Source: Leucoraja ocellata
Lineage: Eukaryota
Reading direction: 5' to 3'
Assembly: GCA_036785375.1 (NCBI GenBank)
Contig: JAWMAR010000028.1
Span: forward strand, 4,340,001 to 4,404,000
DNA: 64,000 bases
Under the pieces are notes generated by a model. That model was given only the letters and a program-made list of their open reading frames with translations. It was not told the DNA's origin and ran no database searches. The translations under genes and the position numbers were made by a program. Shown one piece after another: positions 26,976 through 39,900 of the stretch (its first letter is position 1; each line of letters begins with the position of its first letter).

Positions 26976-27063
26976 CCGTGAATGGAACCCAAGTCTCATT
27001 TTGGCTTGTCAAAACCTGAAGGGTCATCTCAGTGAGCTGGAAGCCACAAATGACAAAGGCATG
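26976..27063 (+). CDS. KANK4: KANK4-like exon preceding the ankyrin domain
   Basis: Acceptor gttccttgcag, donor ATG|gtatgg. Encodes REWNPSLILACQNLKGHLSELEATNDKGM; phase 2 to 0 fits both neighbours. Confidence 0.85.
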
Positions 27064-27779
27064 GTATGGTACTTTTCCTGTTTAACTTTAGCAGCTGGAA
27101 TCAAAACCTTGCACAGAGTTCAAAGGTGGATACTCTAAATGTTTTACACATGGTTGGGCTTGGTTGTTGAAGACGATGAGTTGATAGGTTCCACTTTAAT
27201 CATTGATTGTTGGGGGGGGGGGGGGGGGGGGGGGGTTGCATTTATACTGAATTTTGAAGAGATTTGAAAGCCGTCACTTCCTGATATATGTGTATGTGAC
27301 AACTCCAATGGGAACTTGTCAGATGAAGTAAATCTGCTTTCCCAGGCTGCCAACAAATGTATCTTGGTATTACTGCAGGCCCCACATGATCGTATGGGAG
27401 TTAACTCCATTAACAGAATTAGGCAAAGTTGCTATATTACAGCTGTTAATGTCTTTTGTGTCTTTAAACCTGACTATTCTCTTCCCCCTGGCTTGTAATG
27501 TTGTTCTCTGTAAACCTCCTGGCCTCTGGTCCGCCTTACACTATTCACCCCTTCCCCTGTGCACGCTAACCTATATTGACTCCTGCTTAAGCATGGCCAT
27601 GCATTTAAATGTTTTATAAATCTCTCCCGTTTCTTGCCTTTCGTGTGTCTGTAATCGTGTAAATCAAGATACGTTTCTCCCACACCAGCCTCGTGTTCAG
27701 TTTTAGCTTGTTGTCACGTGTACTGAGGTACAGTCAAAAGCGTTTGTTGCGTGCTAACCAGCCAGCGGAAAGACAATCA

Positions 27780-28475
27780 TGTTAATGGCAAGACCCTTAA
27801 CACCATTGATGTACAGAGAGATCTTGGGGTTTAGATCCTTAGCTCCTTGAAAGTGGCAATGCAAGTAGACAGGGAAGGGTTATGGTATGCTTGCCTTCGG
27901 TGTTTGAGGCACCGTATAGAAGTCAGGGTGGAGTTTTGTAGCTTTGTAAAACTTGGTTTAGGCCGCATTTGCATGTAGTACAGGTCACCCCCATTACAGG
28001 AAGAATGGGGAGGCTTTGGAGAGGGTGCAGAGAGCATTACCAGAATATTGCCTAGATTTGAGGGAATTAGCTATTAAGAGAGATTGGACAAATTTGGATT
28101 GGTTCTGAAGCATCAGAGGTTGAGAGGGGATGATGATTTATAGGAGACACTGTCTCAAAAGCCAACAGCATCATCAAAGGTCATCACTGCCCTGGCCATG
28201 TTCTCATTTCACTCCTGCCATCGGGAAGAAGGTAGGACGGAGTCTGTAAACTGTCACATCCAGATTTAGATACTTCTTCTTCCGAACACTACGAATTCGA
28301 ATTAAACTCTGAACTAAGAACTGCCTTAGTTGCACTAGGGTCTTTGTGTTTTGTTTATGCACTAAATTGTTTTTATTTTTTTTAATGTTTGTTTATTATA
28401 TTAATTATCGAGTACTGTGTTTACAAACTGTTTCAAGTAAGAATTTTTTATTTCGGTACATATGACAATAAACCA
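27780..28475 (+). mobile_element. adjacent decayed CR1 (27780-28130) and Rex1-like (28140-28475) fragments
   Basis: Degenerate ERDLGV and LERVQR-like sequence, then an LLPSGRR-like segment and a tgacaataaa tail. Confidence 0.55.
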
Positions 28476-29006
28476 CTCGATTCATGATGGGTAAGGTCCG
28501 AGCCAAGACCTTGCTCTTTTTCAAATAGAGTTGTGGAGATTTTTGGAAAGCCTAAAGAAGGGATATGGTCTCAATTTAGTGTCACTTCAAAAAAAAGGCA
28601 ATCACCGGCAATAATAATATTTCCCCAGCACCAGGCTGATGTGATGTTGAACACTGTCTCAGCAACAGGACATGAAGATAAACATTCCATCTCAGGACTC
28701 TCACTGGAAGACTTTATAATTCAGTGGCGGACTAAGTCTAAAAATATTGGTTGCCAGGAAACAAAGGGGGGCCACTTCGTCAGGGGCCCACTTGATATAG
28801 GGGGCCTACTTCATCAGGGGCCCACTTGCCATCAGTCAAGCTGACACCCTGGCCAGTCCCGCCACTGTTAATAATGTTCACCAGAGGGCCATGGATCAAG
28901 TCCTTTAGTACAGAAGGGGAAAATTCAGTAAAATTAGATCAGTATTTAATAATACAGAAAGCTACTTTTTATTAAAAAAATGTTTCGTTGTGCTCTGTTT
29001 CTGCAG

Positions 29007-29226
29007 AGGCAGAATTTGACCACAGTTCAGTGGGAATGGTTTAGGATTTCCAGTCAGAAATCTGCAGCTTCTGACAGAGTTCAAGCCTTTCTCGAAAAAC
29101 TCCAAGAAGTGTCACCAGAACTACTTCACTTCATTGTGAACTTAGCAGATGACAATCAGAACACGGCTCTCCATTACAGTGTCTCGCACTCCAACTTCCA
29201 CATTGTGAGGCTCCTGCTGGACACAG
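29007..29226 (+). CDS. KANK4: KANK4-like exon, start of ankyrin repeats
   Basis: Acceptor tttctgcag, donor CAG|gtacca. Encodes EWFRISSQK...[30 protein letters not shown]. Confidence 0.95.
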
Positions 29227-29952
29227 GTACCAAAAGAGACGTCTGTTTTGAAGGGCTGAAGTATAACAACACCTTTTAGAGAATGACAAAAAATTTGGCT
29301 CCTTGGAGATAGTGGTGGAGACCTTGAACACTCATTTCCCCAAAGGTGCCGTTGAGGTGAGGACCATGGAGAAATTCGGAAATGAGGTTAATAGATTTTT
29401 GTTAGGTAAGGCTTAAGAAACCACGGTAGATAGATGGAGCTAAGATCATCCATGGTCCACTTAATGACAACTTGGTGCAGAGTTAAAAAAAATGTACTAA
29501 TATTCCTAAAGTGCTGCAATTTAAAAACCTTGATCCAGTGATTTGAATCAATCAAGGATCTCTTTCTTGGCCATTTATATAATTTGGAATATTTTGATTT
29601 CAGATAAGGATAACGTTCAATTGGTAGTTCCAACAGTCACCCCCAGCTGAGACTTTCAGCTTGTAATCATGAGGAAAGGCATCATGTTATGTAGAATCCC
29701 AACTTGAAACAGGCTCGTTGGTTTAATCCTCACTGGGTACAAGGCTACCAATTCTAAAGAAGGGTCTCGACCCGAAACGTTGCCTGTTTCCTTCGCTCCA
29801 GATGCTGCCTCACCCACTGAGTTTCTCTGGCATTTTTGTAATAATAAAAATAAACAAAGCTAACATCATTTAGAGGTGGGGATAGAAACTTTGAATATTG
29901 TGATTGCAGCTTTGAAAGAGGAATGTGCTTTAGTTGTTGGTGAATATCTTGA

Positions 29953-30135
<183 letters not shown>

Positions 30136-30357
30136 TGAATCAAAACACCATCCACTTCATAGGCCTTGGCTGTATCCCCTTGCTTCCTTTCACTGAAAGG
30201 CAAAAAACAAAATAATGGTTTGGGTAATTAGCATGAAAGGTTGTGACGGAGAAACTATAGTAGCCATTACAACTGTCCTGGGTGAATTAAACCACGTTTA
30301 GGGATATCTTAAAAGGCCAACATTGAAGAAAAGTAGTGAGGTATTCCTAGATCATTA

Positions 30358-30730
30358 TAGAGTCATATAGAGTGATACAGTGGGGAAACAGGCCCTTCGG
30401 CCCAACTTACCCACACAGGCCAACGTGTCCCAGCTACACTAGTCCCACCTGCCTGCGTTTGGCCCATATCCCTCCAAACCTGTCCTATCCATGTACCTGT
30501 CTAACTGTTTCTTAAATGTTGGGATAGTCCCTGCCACAACTACCTCATCTGGCAGCTTGTTCCATATACCCGCCACCCTTTGTGTGAAAAAGTTACCCCT
30601 CAGATTCCAATTAAATCTTTTCCCCTTTACCTTAAACCTATGTCCTCTGGTCCTCGATTCACCTACTCTGGGCAAGAGACTCTGTGCATCTACCCAGTTT
30701 ATTCCTCTCATGATTTTATACACCTCTATA
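30358..30730 (-). mobile_element. CR1-clade LINE 3' end
   Basis: IEVYKIMRG...TRGHRFKVKGKRF...FFTQRVAGIWNKLP. Confidence 0.85.
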
Positions 30731-31257
30731 TGATGTTCAGTTTCAGCTTGTCCAGGAAGCCTGAAAGGAAGAAAAGTCAAAATTAATTGTCAGAAGCATA
30801 TCGACAAAAATAACTTTCCAGAGAGCAAGTGATAAATTCTTGAAACAGGCTCGTTGTTTAAATTTGGTTTATTATTGTCACGTGTACAGTGAAAAACTTT
30901 GTTTTTTGTTCTATCCGGGGTATACATTCATCCATGAATGCATTCAAACCATGCAGAATATAGTTTTACAGTGACAGAGGAAGTGAAGTTGAAAGAAAGA
31001 GATCCACCTCGTTGTGCTAAGGTCACAGTGAGGTCGATTGGGGAATTTGACTTTTTAATATGATTAACCAACAGTTTTTGCAGCCTGAATTCTCACTAGG
31101 TCTCTTTGGTTTGGTTTCTAGCTTACCCTTCCATCCCAGATCTTCCAGCTGTCACAGGCTGATTATATTGTGCCTTGGATGTTAGCAGTTCCCTGCCTCA
31201 TCTCAGCCCTGATGTCAAAAATTCACCCGTTTCAGATTTTTCAACCAACTTTAAATA

Positions 31258-31730
31258 GTGAAGATAGACACAAAATGTTGGAGTAACTCAGCGGGACAGG
31301 CAGCATCCTTAGACTGAAAGTCAGGGGAGTGGAAATGAGATATGGAAGGGTTCAAAGGCCGTGTTAGGTGTGAAAGGAAGATCAAGCAGACGATGATCAA
31401 GGAAATGTAGAATGTGTCATTGTTGGATGAAAGGAAGATGACAACGAGGTTACAAATAGTGAAATTAATTAGGACAGTGAAACTAGACAAAAATGCTGGA
31501 GAAACTCGGGTGAGGCAGCATCTATGGAGCAAAGGAATAGGTGACGTCGAGACCCTTCAGTCTACAAAATATGAGGCGCTGTTCCTTCAATTTGCGTTTG
31601 GCCTCACTCTGGCAGTGGTGGAGTCCCAAGTCAGAAAGGTCAGTATGGGAATGGGAGGGGCAGTGAACGTGTTTAGCAAACGGGAGATCAGGTAAGGACA
31701 GGCGAACTGAGCGCAGGTGTTCAGCGAAAC
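31258..31730 (-). mobile_element. Penelope-like fragments
   Basis: Minus-strand FAEHLRSVR...DLSDLGLHHCQSEAKRKLKEQRLIF, plus pLTR sequence. Confidence 0.75.
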
Positions 31731-31939
31731 ATAATTCAACGAAAAGTGAAATAGTGAAGTCAAGCCAACACACATTTCTGGCAGCTAACCAAGAAATCCT
31801 GCCCTATATACTCCAGGTGCACTGGACAAATTACAGTGAGAGTACACATTTATTTAAGTGAGATCACCTTGCATACCCTGCAGATGGCCCTTGCACTACT
31901 GGGGTAAATAAAATTAATATCTCTGTTAAAGCGCCTTTA

Positions 31940-32539
31940 AGGGCCTGTCCCACTTAGGCGATTTTTTCGGCGACAGCGGGAAAATAGGCTGTCACCACAT
32001 GGTCGCGGGTGACGCCTGTATTATCGTGAGTTGTCTCCTCAAGTGTCGTACCTTTTTTCTTGTTGCCGCTGGATTTTGAAATGTTCAAAACCTTTCTGCG
32101 ACAGTGGGCTTGACGTTGCCTGTCTTCTCCTGTTGTAGGTTGTCGCCAGGTGACGTTGTTTGTCGCTGGGTGCTGACTTTGGTGAATTCCATTAGCGAGT
32201 ACCTACGTCAACCGGCAACAGGTACCGGCGACTGAATTGCCTTCAGTTGTCGCCGACAGAGTCGTAGCTTGTCACGGGTAGTCGGTCGACTTCAGTTGTC
32301 GTAGGTTATCGCCTGTGTGGTGGTAGTTTGTTGTAGGTGTAGTCGTAGGTGGACATCCTAAGTCGCGACAATTGGGTTGCCGCTTGTCGGTAGCTTGCCC
32401 TAGCTTGACGTCGACTAGGTGGTAGGTTATCGTAGACATTGTCATAGGGGTGGTCCAGTCGCCGCTTTTTTGGCGACCCGCTACGACTGTGACGGTCACC
32501 GGAAGTCGGCGAAAAAATTGCCTAAATGGGACAGGCCTT
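31940..32539. mobile_element. PIF/Harbinger-like MITE
   Basis: TIRs agggcctgtcccacttaggcgattttttcg / cgaaaaaattgcctaaatgggacaggcctt; preceded by TTA. Internal gtcgcc/gtcgtag micro-repeats. Confidence 0.8.
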
Positions 32540-33920
32540 TTTATTTTCAGCCCAAAAGATGATACATATGGGGACATTGATTTCAATGGGAGATAGGAAG
32601 TGTTGGGCCTTCAAGTAAATAGTGGGAAACCATTTCCCATACAGCGGAAATTGTAGATGTTAGAAATCTGAAATAAAAACAGAAAATGTTGGAAACACTA
32701 GCAAATGAGAACAATCTATGGATTTGAGACAAACAGCATTTCAAGTCCAAGCCAATTCATTGGAATTCATTGTGGGACTAAGGGAAAAAAGTTGTTCGGC
32801 ATGGACTTGTAGGGCCGAGATGGCCTGTTTCCGTGCTGTAATTGTTGTTGTATAGTTAAATCTTTAAATCTTTTCAAACAAATAAAGGGGAGTCTTTACT
32901 TTTTTAAAGTTGTTATGTTAGTGCCCGAAATGTCTGAACAGATGGAATAATGCCCTCAGAATCCATGGTAGTTTTAGAAAGAGAAGTTTCATAGAACATG
33001 GCAGAAACAAATTAGGCTTAATCACTTCCCTCTGGGATATAAAAATCTGCAATTCTAACAGGGAGGCTAGTTATGAGTGAAAGCTGAGCAGATGAGTCAG
33101 AAATATAACCCTTTTTAGAAAATCCTATTTAACCATTACACCTGTAGAAATTTGGCAACAAAGTAGATTACATCTAAGGCAGACACAAAATGCTGGAGTA
33201 ACTCTTCGGGACAGGCAGCATCTCTGGAGAGAATGAATGGGTGAGGTTTCAGGTCGAGACCCTTCATCGCTTCAGTTCTGATGCAAGGTCACCGACTTGA
33301 AGCATTAACATTGTTGCTATCTTCACCGATGCTGCCTGACATGCTGAGTATTTCCTGTACCTTCTGTTTTATGTGCGTAGTTTAGAAGTTGTGTTTAGTG
33401 GCTCTCATTAAAAGCCATTCCTTTATTTTTATTTTTCTAGCTCCGACAAAATAATATACGTAATAACATCTTAAGGCATCTAGGGAATCTTCTCAGATGG
33501 CAATGATTTTGCTGTTCGAGTTATGACAATTCAGTTTCACAAAGAACAAGGGTGAAAGAATAATTAATTGAAAATTCTCTTTCAGACTTTATCTTGCTAT
33601 AAATGTTATATATTTTTTCCTTTACCTGCATACTATGTGTGGCTTGATGATCATCACATATAGTCTTTTCTTTGACTGGATAGCACACATCAAAAAGCTT
33701 TTCACTGTACGTGACTGTAATAGATTGATGTAGAGATTACGATGGGTATGTATGTTGATAAAAAAGTGGCCGATGCATTCAGTATAAGTTATTAAATTGG
33801 CTATGTTATGGAAAGGTTGAACTGCTGAGAAATTCACATTATTTTCCCTCCAGAGTAGATGGCTTTGGCTTCATCATGTTCTTTGTTATCCCAGGCTGAA
33901 ACTCAATAGACTTCTCAAGG

Positions 33921-34128
33921 GTGAGACACAAAAAGCTGGAGTAACTCAGCGGGTCAGACAGCATCTCTGGAGAAAAGGAATAGGTGATGTTTCGGTTCTG
34001 AAGAAGGGTCTCGACCAGAAAAGTCACCTATTCCTTTTCTCCAGAGATGCTGCCTGACCCGCTGAGTTACTCCAGCTTTTTGTGTCTATCTTCTTTGGTT
34101 TAAACCGGCATCTGCAGTTCCTTCCTCC
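33921..34128. mobile_element. Penelope-derived fold-back element with 13-bp TSD
   Basis: Exact TSD agacttctcaagg at 33908-33920 and 34129-34141; ~70-bp inverted arms. Confidence 0.88.
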
Positions 34129-34207
34129 AGACTTCTCAAGGTACATGGGTAGACAAGCATGAAGCACGGGTGTAATGTAACCATTTGAATTAATGCTCGA
34201 AGTTTAA

Positions 34208-34462
<255 letters not shown>

Positions 34463-35859
34463 TAGTTCTAGACCTCCTGGTTTGTCCATTCTCCACATCT
34501 TCATCCATTTCTCATGGCCAGCACACCTACATCACAGAGGTGAATACTTTTTAAAAGCACTTATTTGTCCCGTTCCTTCTCTCGAACGATGCTGCCTGTC
34601 CCGCTGAGTTACTCCAGCATTTTGTGTCTATAGTTGAAACTTCACAGTTCTTGAAAGGCACGATATTAATCTTTCCCCCACTCTGCCTATTTCCATAGCC
34701 TGTCATGGTCCAGGCTCACAGTACATGGTTATTTAACAGTGTGAGCCAATCTGGTTGTTTCAAAGAGGCCACACAAGCATCTGGTGTGGGAACTTGGGAC
34801 ATGGTGTAGTGGTGACATGAGTTGCGCACCTGAGGTTTGGGCTGAATTACATTATCAAGCAGAGAGCTTCTGCTCTGCTGTCAACCTAGAACAATGCAGC
34901 ACAGGAACAGGCCCTTAGGCCCACAATGTCTGTGCCAAACATGATGCCAAGTTAAAGTAATTATCTCTGCCTGCACGCCTTCTTTGAGCTTTGCCCCTCT
35001 CACCTTAAAACTATGCCCTCTAGTCTTTGATATTCTCATTCTGAGCTCAAGGTTTTGACTGTCTGTCCTATCTATGTTCTGGTAATTTTATATTGTTCTA
35101 TGAGGCACCCCCTCAGTCTCCGATGGTCCAGAGAAAACAATGGTACATTGACCTGAGAGTACTTGATAATGTCACCAAAACAGAGTGGTGCTCTGTTGCA
35201 TTGTTCATCTTGATTTGCTTAAAGATTTGCCATAAGCACATTTTAAATATAATTTGCATTTTTTCAATACACTTGCTAGTGACTTTTGAATACATTGATC
35301 GGCAATTAGCATGCTCCAATATATCATGTTAACTGCCACTGAAAGATTATTCCAGGGGAGGATTGTTATGGTTGTTAGCAGCTGACTAAACTAATTATAG
35401 AGATTATTGCAAACATCTCCGTTAATTCTGAGACGGCTGTCGGTGGCATACAATGAGACTCTTATTAGTTTCTCCGGATTCAGGCAGAGCTATTTACCAT
35501 CTGCCTCATCCTTCTCTGAGGCCCATGGAAGACCCTATTTTGTCGCACGTTCTGTAATCAAAGTGGCATTTTATTCTCTATTTGAAATACAAAATCTGTC
35601 TAGAAAGGAAAGCAATGTCAGTTTTTTGGGAATCGAAATAAAATGATGCTAATAAAATTGAATTGAATTGGTAACAAAACCACCCCTCCCTCAGTTGTAT
35701 TTTCTCTTGCCTTTGGAAGTAAGCTTTGGCATCTTTTGATAATTATCCGCTGCAGTGTGGTTTGAAGCCGTGGACATCACATCACATGTCCAATGGTCGG
35801 TGTGGATCTGAAACTTGTTCACTGTGTTGTGACATTAAAGCCCTTGGAGCATCAGTTTC

Positions 35860-36215
35860 AGTTTAATTCATTGTCACGTGTCCCGAGGTACAGTGAAAAG
35901 CTTTTGTTGCGTGCTAACCAGTCAGCAGAAAGACAATACATGATTACAATCGAGCCATTTGCGTGGCATGGTAAGGGAATTACGTTTAGTGCAAGGTAAA
36001 GCCAGCAAAGTCCCATCAAGGATAGTCTGAGGGTCACCAGAGAGGTAGATAGTAGGTGAAGAAGGGTCTCGACCCGAAACGTCACCCATTCCTTCTCTCC
36101 AGAGATGCTGCCTGTCCCGCTGAGTTACTCCAGCATTTTGTGTCTACCTTCGATTTAAACCAGCATCTGCAGATCTTTCCGACACAGGTAGAGAGAGACT
36201 AGTTCAGCACGGACA
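35860..36215. repeat. interspersed repeat (LINE 3'UTR-like) with nested Penelope-derived piece
   Basis: The ttgtcacgtg..gaggtacagtgaaaagc motif recurs near 27710, 30875, 33700 (-) and 59788. Penelope piece at about 36057-36185. Confidence 0.65.
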
Positions 36216-36302
36216 GTGGCCTTTGACAAAACATGGTTGATGATTAGCTTATCACGTTCAGTGTTTCATACTCTGCATCTTTCTCTCTTCTTTGCCCTGC
36301 AG

Positions 36303-36404
36303 GATGACAGCACTGCTCTGGACTTCGCTATGCAGGCTGGACACAAGGATATAGCGGAACTGCTGAGAATCCACATGAACAGTGAGATCTCTCACACTCC
36401 TTGA
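36303..36404 (+). CDS. KANK4: KANK4-like last coding exon
   Basis: Long pyrimidine tract ending ctgcag. Encodes DDSTALDFAMQAGHKDIAELLRIHMNSEISHTP then TGA. Confidence 0.93.
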   Translation, partial: DDSTALDFAMQAGHKDIAELLRIHMNSEISHTP

Positions 36405-36964
36405 TGTACATTCACCACTGCCTCCCTTAGTTACTCGTTAATCGGAAACAAACAACCATGAGACTTATTAACAGCGGTAACACCTCAACTTTGCTACTTT
36501 AAACCATTTATTGGAGAAGATTTTCAGCACTTGGAACTAAGCTAGAGATCCTTGCATTTGGAGACATATCTCAATTTTCCCTCAAAGTTAAAAATTGTCA
36601 AAGACTGATATCTTAGCTTGAAGGGCACTGTCAAAAATAGCATATTGACTCCTGCAGACACGTCTCTGAGCTTGTTATACAACATTTCTGCAGCATTGCT
36701 TTAAACAGAATGGACATTAATTTTGAAGTCATGCTTATTACCAAATGAATGCTGTACCTTTCTGTGCCATTATAGCGGAGAGCCTTAAAGAGAGAATTTG
36801 CACGTAAGATTATGCAAATCCCATCCATTTAAATTCTGATCAAATTAATCGTACAGTTCTCACAGTAGAACAAACAATATATGCTGCTTTACCCTAATGT
36901 GCTTTAAGAATATTCTAATACTTGCAATATCTTCAAATTCATGGCCATTACAAAGCTTTATTAA

Positions 36965-36970
36965 AATAAA
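36965..36970 (+). promoter_or_regulatory. candidate polyadenylation signal of the KANK gene
   Basis: AATAAA about 560 nt after the stop, in AT-rich unique sequence. Other sites (e.g. ATTAAA near 37349) are possible. Confidence 0.3.
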
Positions 36971-37631
36971 AGATTGTGCTGTGAAAAATGTACTGCCTTT
37001 GAGCTTAAATGATATGGTTTTGAGAACAACTCTGCTGGTGTGGTATTTTGTTGTGGGATTAGCATTGCCTGAGATGAATTTTGGTTTGCATACCAAAAGC
37101 ACTAAGCCCTGTGACGCTGACGTACGTAGCATTTAACACCAGCTCACATGAAAACTAAATTATTGCCATTCAAAATATTGCTAAGGAACAAGGTACTGTT
37201 GAGTACCTTCTGTAGAAGCCTCTATCTTAGAGCAGATCAGTCCTGAGTAGGCAATCAGATGGAATTCCCATCGGACAGATTTGTAACCTTCCATAATTTG
37301 TTATAAATTACAAATCACATTGGTGATCACATAGCATATTATTGCATCATTAAAGAATAATTTTTGCTATCAAAATAGATTGGTTTCTGTCAGAAACTTT
37401 TGTTGGTTAATTAACTGAGGAAAAGTACTTTATCTACACATGGGCCTTAATGAAATGATCGCTTCTTAATCATTTCATTGTCCTTTGTGTTGGTTTCTCT
37501 CCCTCACTTCCTCTACCACTGCCCCCCCCCCCCCCCTTTGTCTATTCTGCCCTCAGTAATTAACGTAACGTTATTTGTGTATAATCAACCACTTATTGAT
37601 TGCCTCAAGAAGCACAGGAAAATAGGAGCAG

Positions 37632-38963
37632 GAATGAATGAATGCCTTTATTTGTCGTTGTAAGCACTGCATACAACAAAATTATTATTGCCATTCGATC
37701 AGTGCATAATATACAAACATAAAAACACAGGACACAATTAAAAAACAATATTATAAACTAGGTATCAAGATAAATAAATAATCAGTATTGCACATGGTGA
37801 TAGTAAAGTGTGAGGTGGGTAGCAGCATGGAAGAGTGCAGCATGAATAATACTCAGTGTTTTTTCATATTGAGTGTGAAGATTGCTTTGGGGGAGAAACT
37901 GTCTCTGAGTCTGGAGGTGCTTGTTTTGGCTGACCTGTAACGCCTGCCAGAGGGCAACAGTTCAAACCGGGGTGTGTGGAGTCTGATGATGTTAGTGGCT
38001 CTGCTGAGGTAGCGTGAGGTGGCAATGTCCTCCAGAGAGGGCAGTGGGTAGCCGGTGATTCTCTCTGCTGTTTTTACCACTCTCTGGAGCGCTTTCTTGT
38101 CTGCAGCAGAGCAGCCTGCAGACCACACTGACATGAAGTAGGTCAGTAGACTCTCAATGGTTGCCCGGTAGAAGGCCACCAGCAGCTCCTTCTTGGTGTT
38201 GTGCCTCCTGAGCACTCTCAGGAAGTGGAGTCTCTGTTGTGCTATCTTGACCGTTGCAGTGATGTTGGCTGACCAGGTGAGGTCCTTGGATATGAGGGCT
38301 CCTAGGAATTTGAACGGCTGCACCCTTTCCACACATGCAGAGCGGGGCCGGGTCTGTGTCCCGTTTCCTCCTGAAGTCCAGTATCAGCTCCTTTGTCTTT
38401 GTGGTGTTCAATGTCAGGTTATTTACTGACCACCACTCTGACAGTGGCTGTATCTCGTCCCTGTACGCTGACTCGTCCCCTCCTAAGATGAGCCCGACCA
38501 CAGTTGTGTCGTCAGCAAATTTAATAATGGTAGGCGGCTGGACAGTCATGTGTGTATAAGGAGTAAAGGAGTGGACTCGGCACACAGCCTTGAGGTGCAC
38601 CAGTGCTTAGTGTGATGGAGGAGGAGATGCGGGGCCGGTTTTAACTGTCTGTGGGCGGTTTGTGGGAAAGTCTTTGATCCATGTGCAGATGGGGGAGGAG
38701 AGGCCTAGGTCAAGCAGTTTGCTGATTAAAATGTCTGGAATGATAGTATTGAATGCTGAGCGATAATCAATGAATAACATCCTCACGTAGCTTTCCCGGT
38801 GTTCCAAGTGGGTCAGTGCGGTGTGAGTTGCTATGGCGATGGCGTCCTCAGTGGATCTCTGTAGGTAAACTGATGTGGGTCGAAGGAGGGAGGTAGGCTG
38901 GTTCTGATGTGATGCAGGACTAGTTTCTCAAAGCACTTCACTGGTGTAAGTGCAATTGGTCTG
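37632..38963 (-). mobile_element. Rex1-clade LINE, 5'-truncated and frameshifted
   Basis: [52 protein letters not shown]; (CATT)n tail. Confidence 0.9.
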
Positions 38964-39679
38964 TTGCGGATTCAGCGAATTATCTGAAGAAGGGTCTCGA
39001 CCCGAATCCTCACCCATTCCTTCTATCCAGAGATGCTGCCTGTCCTGCTGAGTTAATCCAGCATTTTGACTCTAGCTTCGATGTAAACCAGCATCTGCAG
39101 TTCCTGTCTACGCAGTACGTTGTGGATTTACGCCCAACCACAGGGTTTAACACATCAGCTATGCTTCACTTCAATGCATTGCAGAGATACTAACTTTCTG
39201 GAGAAACATCAAACTCGGGTCTAGAGTTTCAAAGATCAAACTGGAGCTTGCCTACCCGGCTGGATGCCAAGGAGACTCTTCCATATCTGACGGAATGTTG
39301 ATGGATCATGAGTTCAAGCGCTTGGTCTGGTTTAGAGTAGATGTGTTCTGAGTGGACTTTAATTTTATAGCTGATCTGATTCCTTCTGTCATCTATCTCC
39401 GATGAAGATTAGAGATTGCATGGTCCAATATGGAAACCAGAGATTTTTGTACAGTGATCAGGCCAATATTTGCCCTGAGTTAATGTCATGGAAGTTGGTT
39501 TTTCTATATGTTATATGTGTGTGTGTGTGGGGGGGGGGGGGGGGGGGTGGGGGGTGGGGGGACTTCCTGTGTGCACCACATTTGTGGCAATGAAAATCGA
39601 GTCACTTCATTGAGATCTTCTGAGGTTATGAAACACTCTGACCTTTGCTTTATATTAAACAACCAGACTCCTGAGGGGA

Positions 39680-39900
39680 ATGGAGTTCGAGGACAGGCCT
39701 TCCGGCAATCCGTCAGGTCGCTCTCAGAGGCTGCCGAGCGAACCAGAAACTGGCTGTGGCTGAAGAGGAAGGACACCAACTGGGCAGCAAGAGGGCATAA
39801 CGGAGGGGAGAGCACCTGGAGGTGTTGTGGGCCTATCAACGAAACACCAAGGAAGGAGGGTGCCCACCTGATGACCCCAATGAAGCCTTTACCCCTACCC
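39680..39900 (+). mobile_element. 3' fragment of an RLE-type non-LTR retrotransposon (Hero-like)
   Basis: Peptide GVRGQAFRQSVRSLSEAAERTRNWLWLKRKDTNWAA resembles the C-terminus of Hero-clade ORFs (from recall), followed by GC-rich UTR-like sequence. Confidence 0.55.

Noticed and set aside
27212-27235. Long G/C homopolymers (also near 39529, 25672 and 4465) as G-quadruplex elements
   Set aside because: Simple homopolymers of unreliable length with no supporting context.
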